This document shows positions 61,913-64,000 of a DNA stretch of 64,000 bases, piece by piece. The notes under the pieces are model-generated. The model ran no database searches. It saw only the letters and a list, made by a program, of their open reading frames with translations, and was not told where the DNA came from. The stretch is from positions 32,001 through 96,000 of the forward strand of contig CAWCXJ010000012.1 of assembly GCA_963799485.1 (NCBI GenBank), given 5' to 3'. The translations under genes and the position numbers were made by a program. Each line of letters opens with the position of its first letter. Positions within the stretch are counted from its first letter, which is position 1. This DNA is from an uncultured Trueperaceae bacterium (lineage in GTDB: Bacteria; Deinococcota; Deinococci; Deinococcales; Trueperaceae).

Positions 61913-62281
61913 GGGGGCGTCCCGGTTTCGACGGGGCTCACCAAGGGCGTGGTTGCGCGTAGAGGACGCCGTTGGCCTCTCTAAAAAACGGCACAGCCAT
62001 TAACTGGCAACAACAATGCTCGTCAGAGCTTTGCACTCGCTGCTTAATTGACAGCGTCCGTTCACTAGAAGCCCCGCCCGTGGCTCGCTAGACCGAACGA
62101 CCTGAAACGGGATAGCCGAAAGCTTTTAGCGCTGGGCTGAGGCGAACCTAAAGGCGCGTAAGCGTAGGGTGTGAGCACGCCGCTCGGCTCGCCCTGCGCC
62201 GACAATCGATGAGCGACTACACGCGTAGAAGCCAGTCTTAGGGGGTTTCGGACGCGGGTTCGATTCCCGCCGCCTCCACCA
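61913..62281 (+). ncRNA. ssrA: Transfer-messenger RNA
   Basis: GGGGGCG acceptor with G3.U pair and CGCCTCCACCA end, T-arm GGTTCGATTCC; tag ORF 62006-62047 GNNNARQSFALAA*. Confidence 0.97.
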
Positions 62282-62283
62282 GA

Positions 62284-62317
62284 AAGCCGAAGGTTTAGAG
62301 CCTTCGGCTTGATTTTT
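62284..62317. terminator. Terminator between ssrA and convergent galE
   Basis: AAGCCGAAGG..CCTTCGGCTT stem followed by GATTTTT. Confidence 0.8.
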
Positions 62318-62339
62318 GTTGAGAATGTTTACGGGTTGT

Positions 62340-63344
62340 TTACGGGTATCCGAGGATTTTTTGACGGCGGCGGCCCCACTCGAGCGCGCTACTAATCCCT
62401 TCATCGATACTCCGCTCCGCTTGCCACTCGAGCAGCGCCCTTGCCTGGTCTGCGTTGGCGTAGGCTCCGGCTACGTCGCCGGGACGCGGCGGCGCTTCGG
62501 ACTTGGCGATGGCCTTGCCCCAAACCCGTTCAAAAGCAGCCACGAGTTCTTTGACGGTTACGCCGTCGCCGGTGCCTAGATTGATGACTGCGTAAGGGCT
62601 GTCCACTGTTGCGAGTACCGCGTCGAAACGCGTCACGGCCGCCACGTGCGCTTTCGCCAAATCCCACACGTGAACGTAGTCGCGAATCCCGCTGCCGTCT
62701 CTTGTAGGCCAATCGACGCCCGTAATCTGAAACTCCGGGAGTTTGCCGAGCGCCGTATCGACCAATTTGCCGAGGACGTGCGAGGGTTCCCGGACATAGA
62801 TACCGCTGCGAAACTCCGGGTCGGCCCCGATAGGGTTGAAGTAGCGCAGCGCAATCCCGCACAAAGGTGTCGCGTGCGCGAGGTCGGACAAGACCTGTTC
62901 CATCATGTACTTCGTGCGGGCATACGGTGATGAGGGTTTGAGCGGCGCGTCTTCCGTAACCTTAAACCCCGGTACGGCGTCGTAAATGCTCGCCGACGAA
63001 CTAAAGACGACTCTTGGGTAGCCTAACTCGGTCAGAAGCCGAAACAGCTCCAAAGACTTGCAGACATTTTCGTGATAGTAGCGGTAAGGTTGTTCGACGG
63101 ACTCCGGCACGACGATCAGCGCGGCGCAGTGAACCGTCGCGTGGATGTCCGGATGGTCGTTACATATCTGCTCCAGCAGTTCTTTGTCGGCGACGTCGCC
63201 CTCGTAAAAGATACGCTTTTCGGTGAACACCCTCGGCCCGCTGACGAGTGAATCGAGCAAAATCGGGGTGTGGCCCTCGTCCTCCAAGGCGCTGGCAATC
63301 GTACTCCCGATATACCCGGCACCGCCGGTTACTAAGATTTTCAT
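62340..63344 (-). CDS. galE: UDP-glucose 4-epimerase
   Basis: VTGGAGYIGS, FSSSA, YARTK, LRYFNPIGA, RDYVHVWDLA. Confidence 0.95.
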   Translation of the reverse strand: MKILVTGGAGYIGSTIASALEDEGHTPILLDSLVSGPRVFTEKRIFYEGDVADKELLEQICNDHPDIHATVHCAALIVVPESVEQPYRYYHENVCKSLELFRLLTELGYPRVVFSSSASIYDAVPGFKVTEDAPLKPSSPYARTKYMMEQVLSDLAHATPLCGIALRYFNPIGADPEFRSGIYVREPSHVLGKLVDTALGKLPEFQITGVDWPTRDGSGIRDYVHVWDLAKAHVAAVTRFDAVLATVDSPYAVINLGTGDGVTVKELVAAFERVWGKAIAKSEAPPRPGDVAGAYANADQARALLEWQAERSIDEGISSALEWGRRRQKILGYP

Positions 63345-63523
63345 CTTTCACCTCACTTTGCTGGCTTCACTTTACCCGGTTCGAGCTTAGGTCGGTCTCA
63401 CCTGCTGCCCGGCTCGAGCCCGGTAAACGGTTTTATTTTCGCGCAGCAACGCCTGAGCCGCAAAACGTCACGGCTTTTGTGCGAAAGCGATCGGGGGCCG
63501 CGGCGTATAGTCCAAACTCCGGG

Positions 63524-64000
63524 CTAACGGTCGGCAGTGCGTTTCGCATCGGGTTTGTCCGCCAGCAAAAAGAGCATCTCGGCTGCGAGGTTGGCGCGGC
63601 CCACCGGATAGTAATTTTCGTCTAGGTCGACTTCTTGGTAGGCCCGCCGGACGGCGCGCTCAAGCTTGCCCGTTGCGTCCCACTTACCGACTACGGCGTA
63701 AGGGTAATTCACAAAATGAAAGGTGATGCCATCCTCAAAGCTCGAGGGTTTGAGCCCTGCTTGAAACACGCCGCCGCAGATATCACTGGCAAACGAACGG
63801 TAGCTGTCTTTCATTACCAGTGAGGTCATCGCCGTCGACACATACTGCATAAAGGTGTCGTCGAAGATACTAAACCCTTCCATCGCCAGGTCTTGAAACG
63901 CCTGAAAGGTAAGCCGCAAGTAGACGAACGGTTGACAGCTCAGCGCGTCGTTTCGGTCGGCTGCCGGCAAAAACCGCTGATCCCAGACGTAAGCCGGCCC
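63524..64000 (-). CDS. Hypothetical protein, 5' end outside window
   Basis: Frame is open to the window edge with protein-like composition; no family recognised. Confidence 0.55.
   Translation of the reverse strand, partial: GPAYVWDQRFLPAADRNDALSCQPFVYLRLTFQAFQDLAMEGFSIFDDTFMQYVSTAMTSLVMKDSYRSFASDICGGVFQAGLKPSSFEDGITFHFVNYPYAVVGKWDATGKLERAVRRAYQEVDLDENYYPVGRANLAAEMLFLLADKPDAKRTADR

Noticed and set aside
60460..62320. Integrative element using tmRNA as attB
   Set aside because: No integrase and no duplicated ssrA end seen; the accessory genes lie upstream of ssrA and galE follows directly.

Overview
GC-rich (~60%) bacterial chromosomal window, most likely Deinococcota (Truepera/Deinococcus-like). 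This is inferred from the nurA-herA operon, a DdrI/LdrP-type CRP regulator, an IleRS with an ALHH motif, the tmRNA tag GNNNARQSFALAA and many leaderless genes. Most content is housekeeping: bioY, ychF, hom/thrC, rsmA, carD, uvrB, recQ, aguA/aguB, gap-pgk, T-box-ileS, rho, rrf2-iscS, mnmA, rpsA, secDF, rimP-nusA-ylxR-infB, nurA-herA, ssrA and galE. There is a decaying accessory tract at about 14-17.8 kb (VOC/DHFR genes, several pseudogenes, an IS200/IS605-like end) and a small AT-rich insert between herA and tmRNA. Best candidates for new biology: (1) an AT-rich DUF3800 (RNase H-fold-like) gene paired with a convergent ~65-nt structured RNA that appears to have its own promoter and terminator; (2) a small ORF with a signal-like N-terminus ending QWQLEGG*, directly upstream of secDF (candidate translation-arrest/monitoring peptide); (3) strongly over-represented short motifs CTCGAG and TTTACGG/CCGTAAA. 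All product calls come from motif recognition by eye; no database searches were run.
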